From NCBI GenBank assembly GCA_963768655.1, contig CAVYIM010000003.1:352001-416000 (forward strand): a stretch of DNA of 64,000 nt, read 5' to 3'. Below, piece by piece: positions 10,376 through 19,441 of this stretch; position 1 is the stretch's first letter, and the number at the start of each line of letters is the position of its first letter. The stretch comes from an uncultured Chloroflexia bacterium. GTDB taxonomy: Bacteria > Chloroflexota > Limnocylindria > Limnocylindrales > CSP1-4. The notes under the pieces are model-generated. The model worked only from the letters and a program-made list of their open reading frames with translations. It made no database searches and had not been told where the DNA came from. The translations under genes were made by a program, and so were the position numbers.

Positions 10376-11191
10376 ATGAGCCGTCTGCGGGTGGCACTGG
10401 TCCAGCTCGCCGCCGACCAGGATGTGGCCGCGAACGTGGAGCGGGCCGCCGCGCTCGTCCGGCAGACCGGCGAGATGACCCCCCAGCTGGTCGCGCTGCC
10501 GGAGATGTTCCTTTACCGTGGCCCCGCCGCGGGATGGCGGGAGTCGGCCGCCGAGCTGCCCGGCCCGACGACGGCGCCCTTCGCCGAGCTGGCCCGCGCA
10601 CTCGACACGTGGATCTTGCTCGGCAGCGTGGCCGAACGCTCGCCCGATCCGCAGCGCCCCTACAACACCTCCGTCCTGCTGGACCCGTCCGGCCAGATTT
10701 GCGTGACGTACCGCAAGCGGCATCTCTTCGACGTCGCCATCGACAACGGGCCGTCCGATCGCGAGTCGGCGCGCACGACGCCCGGTGAGCGAAGCGTCGT
10801 TGCGGTGATGCAGGGCGCCGCCCAGGAGGCAGACGTCCGGATCGGCCTCAGCATCTGCTTCGACCTTCGCTATCCGGAGCTCTACCGCGAGATGACGGCC
10901 GCTGGGGCGGTGGTTCTGGCGGTCCCCGCGAACTTCACCGAGGCCACGGGGCGGGACCACTGGGAGGTGCTGCTGCGCGCTCGGGCGATCGAGAACGGCG
11001 CCTTCGTAGTTGCCCCGGCGCAATGCGGCATCGGCGGCGGCGTTCCGACCCATGGCCGCAGCATGATCGTGGACCCGTGGGGGACGGTGATTGCGCAGGC
11101 GCCGGACGGCCCGGGCGCGGTCGTAGCCGATCTCGAGATGGACCGAGTGGTACAGGTGCGGCGGCAACTCCCCACGCAGCCGACCCGCTGA
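10376..11191 (+). CDS. Carbon-nitrogen hydrolase (Nit1/deaminated-glutathione amidase-like)
   Basis: Catalytic triad contexts LPE, YRKRHLFD, ICFDLRYPE; HWEVLLRARAIEN. Confidence 0.92.
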   Translation: MSRLRVALVQLAADQDVAANVERAAALVRQTGEMTPQLVALPEMFLYRGPAAGWRESAAELPGPTTAPFAELARALDTWILLGSVAERSPDPQRPYNTSVLLDPSGQICVTYRKRHLFDVAIDNGPSDRESARTTPGERSVVAVMQGAAQEADVRIGLSICFDLRYPELYREMTAAGAVVLAVPANFTEATGRDHWEVLLRARAIENGAFVVAPAQCGIGGGVPTHGRSMIVDPWGTVIAQAPDGPGAVVADLEMDRVVQVRRQLPTQPTR

Positions 11192-11305
11192 CGACCGCAC
11201 GCGCCGCGCCTCGGGCTCGGCGCAGCAGAACCATTGGCCACGGCTCCGCGCTGCCCCAGCGTTCCTTCGCGCCCCAGTTCGCCCGCGACGACCGCGCTGG
11301 ACGCC

Positions 11306-12127
11306 TCAGGCGGCGCCCCACCTCCGCAGCGACACTTCCGCCTCGACACCTTCGGCCTGGGATCCTTCGCCCGCCGGCGTCGCAGGCTCGTCGAGCAGAG
11401 AGATCAGCTGCTCGCGGTTGACCAGGGCGAACGGGAAGCGGCTGACCAGGGCCGGGTCGCTCGTCCAGCGGATCGTCAGTTCCGTGATCGGGATGAAATG
11501 GGGATCCGGGGACTCAAGGAACTGCTTCATCGATCCGTATGTGTGGACGTGCAAGTTGCCGCGCAGGCTATAGCCGGGCGTGACGATCGTGGCCTTGCGG
11601 CGTTCCTTCTGGACGACCGGTGCGCCGGGACGGCTCGTGGCCATCACGGTCCGTTCCGCGACCATGACGATCTGGTTCAGACGGACCCACAGCGTGCCCC
11701 TCTGATGGTCGGGATCCGGCAGGTTGCCGTGGCCGAGGTGGGCCAGCGACGCTTCCTGGACCCGGATGAACCCTTGCTGCATGTTCATCCAGTCGCTCAG
11801 CCGCGGGAACTGGCCCGTGCAGATCTGGCCGGAGATCTGGAAGCCGTCGCCGAAGATCTCGACATCGACGATAGGCCCGACCTCGACGTCCTCGGATGGC
11901 TCCTTCCACGGGTCGTCGGCCTGCGCCGTCGGCGGACCGAGCGTGCCCCAGACGGGATCGAACCCGGAGACGTTACCGAACCCGCCGTCGTCCCGGCCGG
12001 ATCGCGGGTCTCCCAGGCGAATGAACGGCGAGCCGCCACGGGCCCCGGAGTCAGCCCCGAACTCGACGTCGCGGTCCGGCGCGTCGCCCGCTCGAAAGCC
12101 CCCGAAGAACCCAGGTCTGCCGCTCAT
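11306..12127 (-). CDS. Hypothetical protein with disordered N-terminus and two tandem DUF6812-like units (paralog of 8937-9452)
   Basis: GFQISGQI...RLSDWMN...FIRVQEA and GYSLRGNLHV...FIPITEL...ALVNREQL; AGGAAAGG upstream of ATG. Confidence 0.75.
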   Translation of the reverse strand: MSGRPGFFGGFRAGDAPDRDVEFGADSGARGGSPFIRLGDPRSGRDDGGFGNVSGFDPVWGTLGPPTAQADDPWKEPSEDVEVGPIVDVEIFGDGFQISGQICTGQFPRLSDWMNMQQGFIRVQEASLAHLGHGNLPDPDHQRGTLWVRLNQIVMVAERTVMATSRPGAPVVQKERRKATIVTPGYSLRGNLHVHTYGSMKQFLESPDPHFIPITELTIRWTSDPALVSRFPFALVNREQLISLLDEPATPAGEGSQAEGVEAEVSLRRWGAA

Positions 12128-12852
12128 TGCCTTTCCTGCGTAGCACCAAGGAGATGCGACTGAAGCACCCGTTCTAGTTGTCGGCACCGGGCCGGCGATC
12201 TGAAGCCCGAGATTCGTCGGGTGCGGTGTTCGCCACTCGCGTGCGACGGTGGCAGGTTTCGCTTGCGTCATCCTGAATGAGTGGCGTTGTGCTGAACATT
12301 CCCCGGCTGTGGCAATCCAGCGAACGTACGCGACGCTACGCCGGACGGGGACCGCCCGTGGGACCCCGTTGACAGCGCGCACAGCCCCTTCCGGGGGCGC
12401 GGCGCATGCCGGGCCGAAGAATCATCCGGCGTCATCCGGCGCGAGGCGCCCGAACCCCAGCGCGCTGCCCGGTTGGTGTCGAGCTGGGCCGGACAGCCAT
12501 ACACTTTCGACCCCGAAGAGGTCGAGCAGGCTCCGCTGTCCACCCGGTGGACACATCCGACCGGACGACCGGCCCAAGATCTCCGACCCGGTCGATCCTA
12601 GCTCACTCCGTGGACCGAATCGGCAGGCTGCACCGCCGGCGGGTGAGTTGCCGGCCGCCAGTGTCGACCTGTCTTGGCAGCCGCACCGATTCGACGAGTG
12701 GCTCAGGAGCCTGTCGGGCAGGATGTCGCATGTGACCAGGCGGTGAGCAATCGGGGCGAGATTCGACTCGTTTGGTCGAATCTGTGTCTGCACGTGAGCA
12801 AATCCGCCCTGGGGCCGCCGCGGTCTCCGTGGCGCGCACTGCAACCCGCTCA

Positions 12853-12944
12853 CTCGCCCCGCCAGCCGCTCGGCGCGGGCGTCTCGCCGCTCGCCGCGGG
12901 CATCTCGCCGCTCGCCCCGCCAGCCGCCCGGCGCGGGGCGTCTC
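12853..12944. repeat. Short intergenic direct repeats
   Basis: 21-bp unit CGCGGGCRTCTCGCCGCTCGC x2 (12874-12915), overlapping two copies of CTCGCCCCGCCAGCCGC (12853 and 12911). Confidence 0.7.
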
Positions 12945-14481
12945 AGCTCTCGTCGGCGGGCGGCTCCCCGGGCAGCGAAAGAGTGAAGGCCGCGCCCCGA
13001 CCCGCCTCCGCCGGCTCGAGCCAGAGCTCGCCGCCCATGGCCTGGAGGAGCTGGCGCGACACGTACAGGCCGAGTCCGGTGCCCTCGCCGCTGGGCTGAC
13101 CCGCGCCCCGCGTGAAACGGGTGAACAGGCGCTCGCGATCCGCCTCGGGCACGCCGGGTCCATGGTCGGCGATGGTGATGTGGAGCCGATCGATCGTATC
13201 GTCGACACAGACCCCGACCTCCACGCTGCCCTCGCGCCCGCCGTACTTCACGGCATTGTCCAGCAGAGCCCACAGCACCTGGTCCAGCTGATCCGGATCT
13301 GCCATTGCCAGCCAGCCGTGGGCGTCGTCGGTCAGCTCGAAGCCCACGTCGGTGGCATTGAGCGCCTCCCAGGCGCGCCGGACGCGCGGCCCTATGGCGA
13401 TTACTTCCGGTTCGGCGCGCAGCACGCCCGCCTCGAGGCGAGTGACGGTCAGGAGCTGGCGGACGAGCCTCGTCAGCCGGCCCGATTGCTCGGCGACGAT
13501 CGCCAGGCGGCGGTCCATCTCGGGGTCCGTCGTGGTGGTCCGGAGCTGCTCCACGTAGGCGCGGATGCTCGTGAGCGGCGTCTGGAGGTTGTGGCTGACG
13601 CCGCGCAGGAACTCGTCCTTGGCGGCGTCCAGCTCGCGCAGCTGAGCGTTCTGGCTCTCGATCCGGCCGAACAGCTCGGCGTTGCGGAGGGCCACGCCGA
13701 CCTCGCTGGCGAACAGCTGGAGGAGATCCTGGTCGGCGCGTTCCCAGTTGCGAGTTGCCGGCACGTGGCCGGTGAGCACGCCCAGGGTCTCGGCGCCGGC
13801 GCGAATCTCGGCCCGCACCGGGCCCGGGTCGCCGGGGATCCGCTCCTCGACGGCGACGGCGTCGGCCCTGCCGAGCCTGGCCTGGCAATCGATGAGATTG
13901 AATATCTGGCGGGCGTCGCGCTCGGCCTGGGCCAAGAGCGGAGCCACTCCATGGCTCGGGGCGTAGGCGGCGATCGCGGTCAGGAGCGCGTCCAGCTCGG
14001 CGTTGCGGCGCCGGGCGTCGGCGGCGATGCGATTGTGGCTCTCGGCCAGGCGGGCCAGCTCGTCGTCGCCGGTGAGATGGATCGGCGGGCTGGCATCACC
14101 GGCCGCAACGCGCTCGACCGCGGTGGTGATGCGGCGCAGCGGCGCGGTCAGGCTGCTTGCGAGCAGGGCTGCGGCGAGCAGCCCGAAGAAGCCGGCGCCG
14201 GCGATGGCGAGGGCGAGCAGACTGGTGACGGCCCGCTCATTGCTCTCCCAGCCCGCGGCGATGACGGCGATGCCGAACACGGCGAGCGGCAGGACGGCCA
14301 CGACGATGAGGCCGAGTGTCAGCAGCACGCGGAACGGCAGGTCGAGGCCGCGACCTCGAGCGTGCGCTGGCACGGGGCGCTCGGGTCGCCGGTCGACCTC
14401 GGGCGAGCCGCCCGTCTGGGGCGCGCCTTCGACTTCCGCCGGTCTGTCGGCCTGGGCCGGCGCCGGCTCAGGCGTCGTCAC
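12943..14481 (-). CDS. Sensor histidine kinase (2TM-HAMP-GAF-like-HisKA-HATPase)
   Basis: HAMP (PLRRIT...DELARLAES), H-box VSHNLQTPLTSI, N-box LLDNAVKY, G boxes DHGPG and GTGLGL; GTG start overlaps the RR end. Confidence 0.93.
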   Translation of the reverse strand: MTTPEPAPAQADRPAEVEGAPQTGGSPEVDRRPERPVPAHARGRGLDLPFRVLLTLGLIVVAVLPLAVFGIAVIAAGWESNERAVTSLLALAIAGAGFFGLLAAALLASSLTAPLRRITTAVERVAAGDASPPIHLTGDDELARLAESHNRIAADARRRNAELDALLTAIAAYAPSHGVAPLLAQAERDARQIFNLIDCQARLGRADAVAVEERIPGDPGPVRAEIRAGAETLGVLTGHVPATRNWERADQDLLQLFASEVGVALRNAELFGRIESQNAQLRELDAAKDEFLRGVSHNLQTPLTSIRAYVEQLRTTTTDPEMDRRLAIVAEQSGRLTRLVRQLLTVTRLEAGVLRAEPEVIAIGPRVRRAWEALNATDVGFELTDDAHGWLAMADPDQLDQVLWALLDNAVKYGGREGSVEVGVCVDDTIDRLHITIADHGPGVPEADRERLFTRFTRGAGQPSGEGTGLGLYVSRQLLQAMGGELWLEPAEAGRGAAFTLSLPGEPPADES

Positions 14482-15175
14482 GGTTCGAAACCAGCCGGTA
14501 GCCGACCCCACGAACGGTTAGCAAGTGGACCGGCTTCCCGGGGTCGACCTCCACTTTCTGGCGCAGCCGGCGCATCGAAACCCAGACGTAGGAGGGGTCG
14601 GCCTCTTCGGTGTCGGCCCAGCCGCGAGCCAGGAGCGTGTCCGTCGTGACGATCTCGCCGAGGTTGGCGGCCAGGGTCTGGAGCAGCCGCGACTCCGTCG
14701 GCGTCAGCTGGACCTCCGTGCCGGCGACCGTTGCCGCGCGGCGGTGGAGGTCGAGCGTGAGGTTCGGCCCCAGGACCAGCGACTGACGAGGGATCCGGTC
14801 ACCCAGCCGTCGGAGGACGCGCTGGATGCGGGCCCGCAGCTCCGGATAGTGGTAGGGCTTGGAGACGTAGTCCTCGGCGACCTCGTCTAGCAGGCGGGCC
14901 TTGCTGTCGGCGGTGTCGATGGCCGACAGGACGATGATCGGCAGGTCCGCCTCGGCCTTGATCTGGCGCGCCAGGGCCAGGCCGTCGATGCGCGGCATCA
15001 TCAGGTCGAGCAGGATCAGGTCCGGCCAGCCGGCGTCCAGGCGCCGCAGCGCCTCCTGACCGTCGCGCGCCGTCGCCACGTCGTAGCCGTCGTCGCGCAG
15101 CTGCTCGGCCAGCACGACACGGAGATTCGGATCGTCGTCGACGAGCAGGATGCGTTGTGCCCTGTGCTCGATCAT
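14468..15175 (-). CDS. OmpR/KdpE-family response regulator
   Basis: ILLVDDD, LLDLMMP, DYVSKP, winged helix LTPTE...LRQKVE...TVRGVGYRL; TATACT at 15224-15219 upstream. Confidence 0.95.
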   Translation of the reverse strand: MIEHRAQRILLVDDDPNLRVVLAEQLRDDGYDVATARDGQEALRRLDAGWPDLILLDLMMPRIDGLALARQIKAEADLPIIVLSAIDTADSKARLLDEVAEDYVSKPYHYPELRARIQRVLRRLGDRIPRQSLVLGPNLTLDLHRRAATVAGTEVQLTPTESRLLQTLAANLGEIVTTDTLLARGWADTEEADPSYVWVSMRRLRQKVEVDPGKPVHLLTVRGVGYRLVSNRDDA

Positions 15176-15324
15176 TCGCGCCTCTTGCCTCCCCGCCAGA
15201 GCGCCCTGGGCTGTGGCGAGTATAGGTGGGGGAGTGGCCCGGCGACGAGCGCGGGAGCGGGGCGGCCGCCCGGGGGGCGAGTGGCGGTTCCCGAGTCCGG
15301 ATCCTGCGGTTGTCCGGCTCAGCC

Positions 15325-16257
15325 CTACTCCGCCCTGGGGTCGAAGTAGCGGCAGCGCGGCGCCACGGGGCAGTGCTCGCAGTCCGGGCGTTGGGCGTGG
15401 CACGTCCGGCGGCCGTGAGTGATCAGCGAGACGTGGGCCTCGTACATCTGCTCGGGCGCGAGCATCGCCAGGTACAGGTCGTGGGCCTCGTCCGGGTCCG
15501 CCTTCGCCGGGATCAGGCCGATGCGCTGGCTGACGCGGAGGACATGGCGATCCACCGGCATGAGGGGCGTGCCGAAGCTGAACAGCAGCACCACTGAAGC
15601 CGTCTTCTTGCCGATGCCGGGGATGGCGGCCAGCCAGTCGCGGGCCTCCAGCGGCGGCTTCGCGGCCAGGAAGTCGAGCGAGTAGCTGCCGCCGTTGGCG
15701 CGCAGGGCACCGAGCGCGGCCGGGATGCGAGGCGCCTTCTGGTTGGCCAGGCCGCCGGGCCGGATGACGTCGGTCAGTTCGGCCAGCGGGGCGGCTTCTA
15801 CGGCCGCCCAGTCGGGCGGAGGCAGGGCCGGCAGGCCGCGGCCGCCCCAGCCGGGCAGCTCGCGCGGTTCGGTGGGCGCGCCGGCGGGCGTCGGCGCCGA
15901 TGGGTAGGCGGCGCGGAGCGCCTCGAACGCCACCTCGGCGTTGATGTCGGCGCTGTTCGCGGACAGGATCGTGAGAACGAGCTCGCTCACCGGCTCGAGG
16001 CGGGGCTGCCAGACGGGCCGGCCGTTGGCCTGGGCCAGGCGGTCGAGGACGAAGGAGACGAGGCCCGGGCGCTTGGCGTCGAGCTTGCGGGCCCAGGCGC
16101 GGGCGACCTGCTCGGGGCCGGGCTTGCGACGGCGCGCGCTCGAGGCCGACTTCGACTTCGAGGCCGACTTCGACCCGGCGGCCGGGGCGGCAGCCGGCCC
16201 GGCCCGCCTCGGCGACCCGGCGGCGGCCGGCGAGCCGGCGGTCGACTTCGGGCTCAT
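15325..16257 (-). CDS. nth: Endonuclease III-family HhH-GPD DNA glycosylase with 4Fe-4S cluster
   Basis: LVLTILS, IPGIGKKTA, PVDRHV, CHAQRPDCEHCPVAPRC; ATGA-coupled to glycerate kinase. Confidence 0.88.
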   Translation of the reverse strand: MSPKSTAGSPAAAGSPRRAGPAAAPAAGSKSASKSKSASSARRRKPGPEQVARAWARKLDAKRPGLVSFVLDRLAQANGRPVWQPRLEPVSELVLTILSANSADINAEVAFEALRAAYPSAPTPAGAPTEPRELPGWGGRGLPALPPPDWAAVEAAPLAELTDVIRPGGLANQKAPRIPAALGALRANGGSYSLDFLAAKPPLEARDWLAAIPGIGKKTASVVLLFSFGTPLMPVDRHVLRVSQRIGLIPAKADPDEAHDLYLAMLAPEQMYEAHVSLITHGRRTCHAQRPDCEHCPVAPRCRYFDPRAE

Positions 16258-17447
16258 GCGGGCGACGTCTGTATTCCGGCGAACAGCGCGCCGACCCCGA
16301 CGAGTCGGGCCAGCCGCTCCCCGGCGACCGTCACGAGGGGCGCCGCCTTCGCCATCGCGTCGCGCAGCGGCATCGGCCGGTCGACGACCGGGACCGCGAC
16401 GCAGCCATGGCCCGCTAGAACGGCCGCTCCCTCCGTCGTCACGCCGCCGCCCACCGCCAGGCACGGAACCCCGGCCGCCGCGGCGCGTTTGGCGACGCCG
16501 AGGGCCGTCTTGCCGAATGCGGTCTGGGCGTCGACCTGGCCCTCGCCGGTGATGACGAGGTCCGCGACCGCGAGCCGCGAGTCGAAGCCCGTCTCCTGCA
16601 TCACCAGCTCCACGCCGGGGATCAACTCGAACGAACGGAGGTGCGGAGCCAGGCACAGCAGCCCGAAGCTGGTCCCGCCGGCGGCCCCGGCGCCGGGTTG
16701 GGAGCGCGCAGTCACGCCGGCGGCGGCCTCGAGCAGGCCGGCGTAACGGGTCAGCCAGGCTTCCAGATTCGCGATGTCGTCCGGCCAGGCGCCCTTCTGC
16801 AGGGAGTAGACGGCGGCCGCCCCCTGCTCGCCGAGAAGTGGATTCGTCACGTCGCAGGCGACACGGAGTTCCAGCTCCGCCAGGCGCACGTCCAGGCTCG
16901 CGAAGTCGACGGCCGCCAGATCGGGAATTGGCCCGGGGAGTGGCTCCGGGGAGCCGCCGCGATACCAGACCCCCAGCGCCCGCAGCAGCCCCGAGCCCCC
17001 GTCCGTGGTGGCGCTGCCGCCGACGCCCATGACCACGTGCCGGACGCCCGCGTCCAGGACCGCCCGCAGGATCTCGCCCGTCCCCTCGGTCGTGGCCGCG
17101 AGCGGCGCCCGCGGCTCATCGGCGGGCAGGCGCGACAGCCCCGACGCCTCGGCCAGCTCCACTGCGGCCCTCTTCCCGTCGAGCGAGCGCAGCCACCGCG
17201 CGGTCAGCGGCCGGCCCAGCGCGTCGTGGGCGGGGCACTCCTGCCACTCCCAGCCGCCACTCTCGGCGATCGCCGCGAGCGTGCCCTCGCCACCGTCGGC
17301 GAGCGGGGCCAGGATGAGCTCGTCGCCCGGCCGAGCCCGCGACCAGCCCGAAGCAAGGGCCCGCGCCACCTGGACGGAGGTCAGCGAGCCTTTGAAGGAA
17401 TCGGGCGCGAGCAGGACTCGCAGGCGTCGAGCACCCGCGCCCTTCAT
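16254..17447 (-). CDS. glxK: Glycerate kinase (GlxK/GarK family)
   Basis: APDSFKGSL, PLADGGEGT, GGSATTDGG, DVTNPLLG, GAGAAGG, ITGEGQVDAQTAFGK. Confidence 0.95.
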   Translation of the reverse strand: MKGAGARRLRVLLAPDSFKGSLTSVQVARALASGWSRARPGDELILAPLADGGEGTLAAIAESGGWEWQECPAHDALGRPLTARWLRSLDGKRAAVELAEASGLSRLPADEPRAPLAATTEGTGEILRAVLDAGVRHVVMGVGGSATTDGGSGLLRALGVWYRGGSPEPLPGPIPDLAAVDFASLDVRLAELELRVACDVTNPLLGEQGAAAVYSLQKGAWPDDIANLEAWLTRYAGLLEAAAGVTARSQPGAGAAGGTSFGLLCLAPHLRSFELIPGVELVMQETGFDSRLAVADLVITGEGQVDAQTAFGKTALGVAKRAAAAGVPCLAVGGGVTTEGAAVLAGHGCVAVPVVDRPMPLRDAMAKAAPLVTVAGERLARLVGVGALFAGIQTSPA

Positions 17448-19441
17448 CGGGGCGCGCCGGCCGGTGAGGCCGCGACTTCTGGGGCGATTTCGAGGGCGGC
17501 CGCCGCGCCGCCGACGCCGTCGGGCGGCGGGGCCGCGGCCAGGCGCCGCTTCTCCAGGTACTCGGGGATGCGGATCATCGGCGGCCGCTCGTGGTCGGCC
17601 AGGTCCATGACCTCCAGCCCGAGCTTGCCGCCGCCGGATCGCGGCAGCTTCATCGTCGAACCGAGCTCCGCGAACAGGCTGGTCTTGTGCTTCTCCTCGA
17701 GCCGCTTCATGACCGCCTGGAGGATGACGAAGCTCATCCGCGACAGACCCTCCAGCTCCTGGTTTCGGTGGATACGCCGCTCCAGGTCTACCTGGCCGAG
17801 CCCTTCGAGCCCGCACCGCTCCGCGACGTCGATCAAGTGCCCCATCTCGACGGCATAACTCGTGAAGAATGGGATCGTCTCGAGCAGGCTCCGGCGCCCG
17901 GCGTACTCGCCGGAGAGTGGCTGGATGAGGCCGGACAGCTCCGGGTAGAAGAGGTTGATGAGCGGGCGCGCGACCAGTTCGGTGACTCGTCCGCCGCCGC
18001 CCTCCTTGAGGACGCCGCCCTCGACGATCGGACGGCGGTAGTAGCCCTTGACGTACTGCAGCCGTTCCTCGGCGATGAGCGGGCCGACGGTGCCATAGAC
18101 CATCCGCGGATGCCAGTTGCGCACGTCCGAGTCGGCCCAGACGATGATGTCGCCGGAAGTCTCGTACAGGCTCTTCCAGAGAGCTTCGCCCTTGCCGCAG
18201 TAGCTGCCGTAGCGCGCCAGCACCTGCGAGTGGATCGCGACGCGGGCTCCCTCGGCGGCTGCGATCTCCCGCGTTCGGTCTACCGAGTCTGAGTCCATGA
18301 CCAGGAGCTCGTCCACCAGGGGGTGGCGCTCCATCAGGTCGCGCCGGGCGCGGCAGACGATCGTGCCGATCGTGTCGGCCTCGTTCAGGGCCGGCAGCAC
18401 CAGGCTCACGGTCAGCCCGGCCTGCTCCTTGAGATGGACCAGGCGATCGAGGTCGGCGAACTCCCGGTGATGGAAGTTCGACTCGCCGAACCAGCGCTCG
18501 ACTCGGAGAGGCACGGCGCGCGACTCATTGGCCGCCTTCTCGGCCGCGGCCAGCGTCTCCGCCCGCTTCTCGAGCCGATCGAACGTGGCCTCGCCGATCG
18601 GCTCGCGCGTCTTGACGACGATCACCGTCTTGCGCGAGCGCGTCGCCACCGCCTCCGGCAGGGCGCCGAAGAGGAACGTCCGGCCGTTGTCGGTGGCCGG
18701 GAAGGCCGACGCGCCCATCACGACCACGTCCGCCTGCTCGGCTTCGTGGAGGATGGCATTGCGCACGTTCGGCGCCTCGAGAACGGTCTGCTCCACGTGA
18801 CCGTCGGCGTGCTGGCGGATGAAGTGGGCCAGCGCTTTCGCCGCCTGCGAGCGGATGGTCGAGCTCAGGCCGGCAGGCACGACGTGCAGGGCGACGACGC
18901 TTCCGCCGCCGCGACGGGCCAGGGCATCGGCGAACTGGAGCGCCAGCTCGGCGTGGGGGCCGCCGCGGATCGGCACGAGAATGCGGCCGATCTCCATCGG
19001 CGCGCCCTGCTTGACCACGGCTATGTCACAAGGCGAGTCCCGTACGACCTCGTCGATCGTGGAGCTGAAGACGGGCGGCTCCGCTCCTGGCCTTGGCGTC
19101 GAAGGCTTGCCGCCCCAGCCGAAGACGATCAGCTGCGCGTCGAGCTCTGTCGCCGCCTCGATCACGCCTTCCGCGGCGCGCCGCCCGATGCGGACTACGG
19201 TGTGGACGGTCACTCCTTCGGGCGCGTAGTCGAGGACGCGCTGCAGCAGGCGGCGGGCCTGCCGGGCCTTGGTGGCGCCCTCGCTGAGGGGCGTTCCCTC
19301 GGGCACTTCGACGATTCCGAGCACGGTCAGGCTGCCGCTCTTGCGGTCGAGCAGGGCAGCTCCGATCCGGACCAGCTCCTCGGCGGTCAGCGGGTTGGCG
19401 ACCGGGATGAGGATTCGCGAGGGCAACGGCGAGCGCGTCAT
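17444..19441 (-). CDS. gpgS: Fusion of two universal stress protein domains with glucosyl-3-phosphoglycerate synthase
   Basis: USP1 RILIPVANP...DIAVVK; USP2 RILVPIRGGPHA...VVVMGA...VIVVK; GpgS VSLVLPALNEADTIG, GKGEALWKSL, GGGRVTELVARPL, IQPLSGEYAGRR, HRNQELEGLSRMS. Confidence 0.9.
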   Translation of the reverse strand: MTRSPLPSRILIPVANPLTAEELVRIGAALLDRKSGSLTVLGIVEVPEGTPLSEGATKARQARRLLQRVLDYAPEGVTVHTVVRIGRRAAEGVIEAATELDAQLIVFGWGGKPSTPRPGAEPPVFSSTIDEVVRDSPCDIAVVKQGAPMEIGRILVPIRGGPHAELALQFADALARRGGGSVVALHVVPAGLSSTIRSQAAKALAHFIRQHADGHVEQTVLEAPNVRNAILHEAEQADVVVMGASAFPATDNGRTFLFGALPEAVATRSRKTVIVVKTREPIGEATFDRLEKRAETLAAAEKAANESRAVPLRVERWFGESNFHHREFADLDRLVHLKEQAGLTVSLVLPALNEADTIGTIVCRARRDLMERHPLVDELLVMDSDSVDRTREIAAAEGARVAIHSQVLARYGSYCGKGEALWKSLYETSGDIIVWADSDVRNWHPRMVYGTVGPLIAEERLQYVKGYYRRPIVEGGVLKEGGGGRVTELVARPLINLFYPELSGLIQPLSGEYAGRRSLLETIPFFTSYAVEMGHLIDVAERCGLEGLGQVDLERRIHRNQELEGLSRMSFVILQAVMKRLEEKHKTSLFAELGSTMKLPRSGGGKLGLEVMDLADHERPPMIRIPEYLEKRRLAAAPPPDGVGGAAAALEIAPEVAASPAGAPR

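Noticed and set aside
12853-12944. Intergenic repeats as CRISPR, iterons or IS ends
   Set aside because: Only two copies of each unit, with no unique spacers, transposase or terminal inverted repeats.
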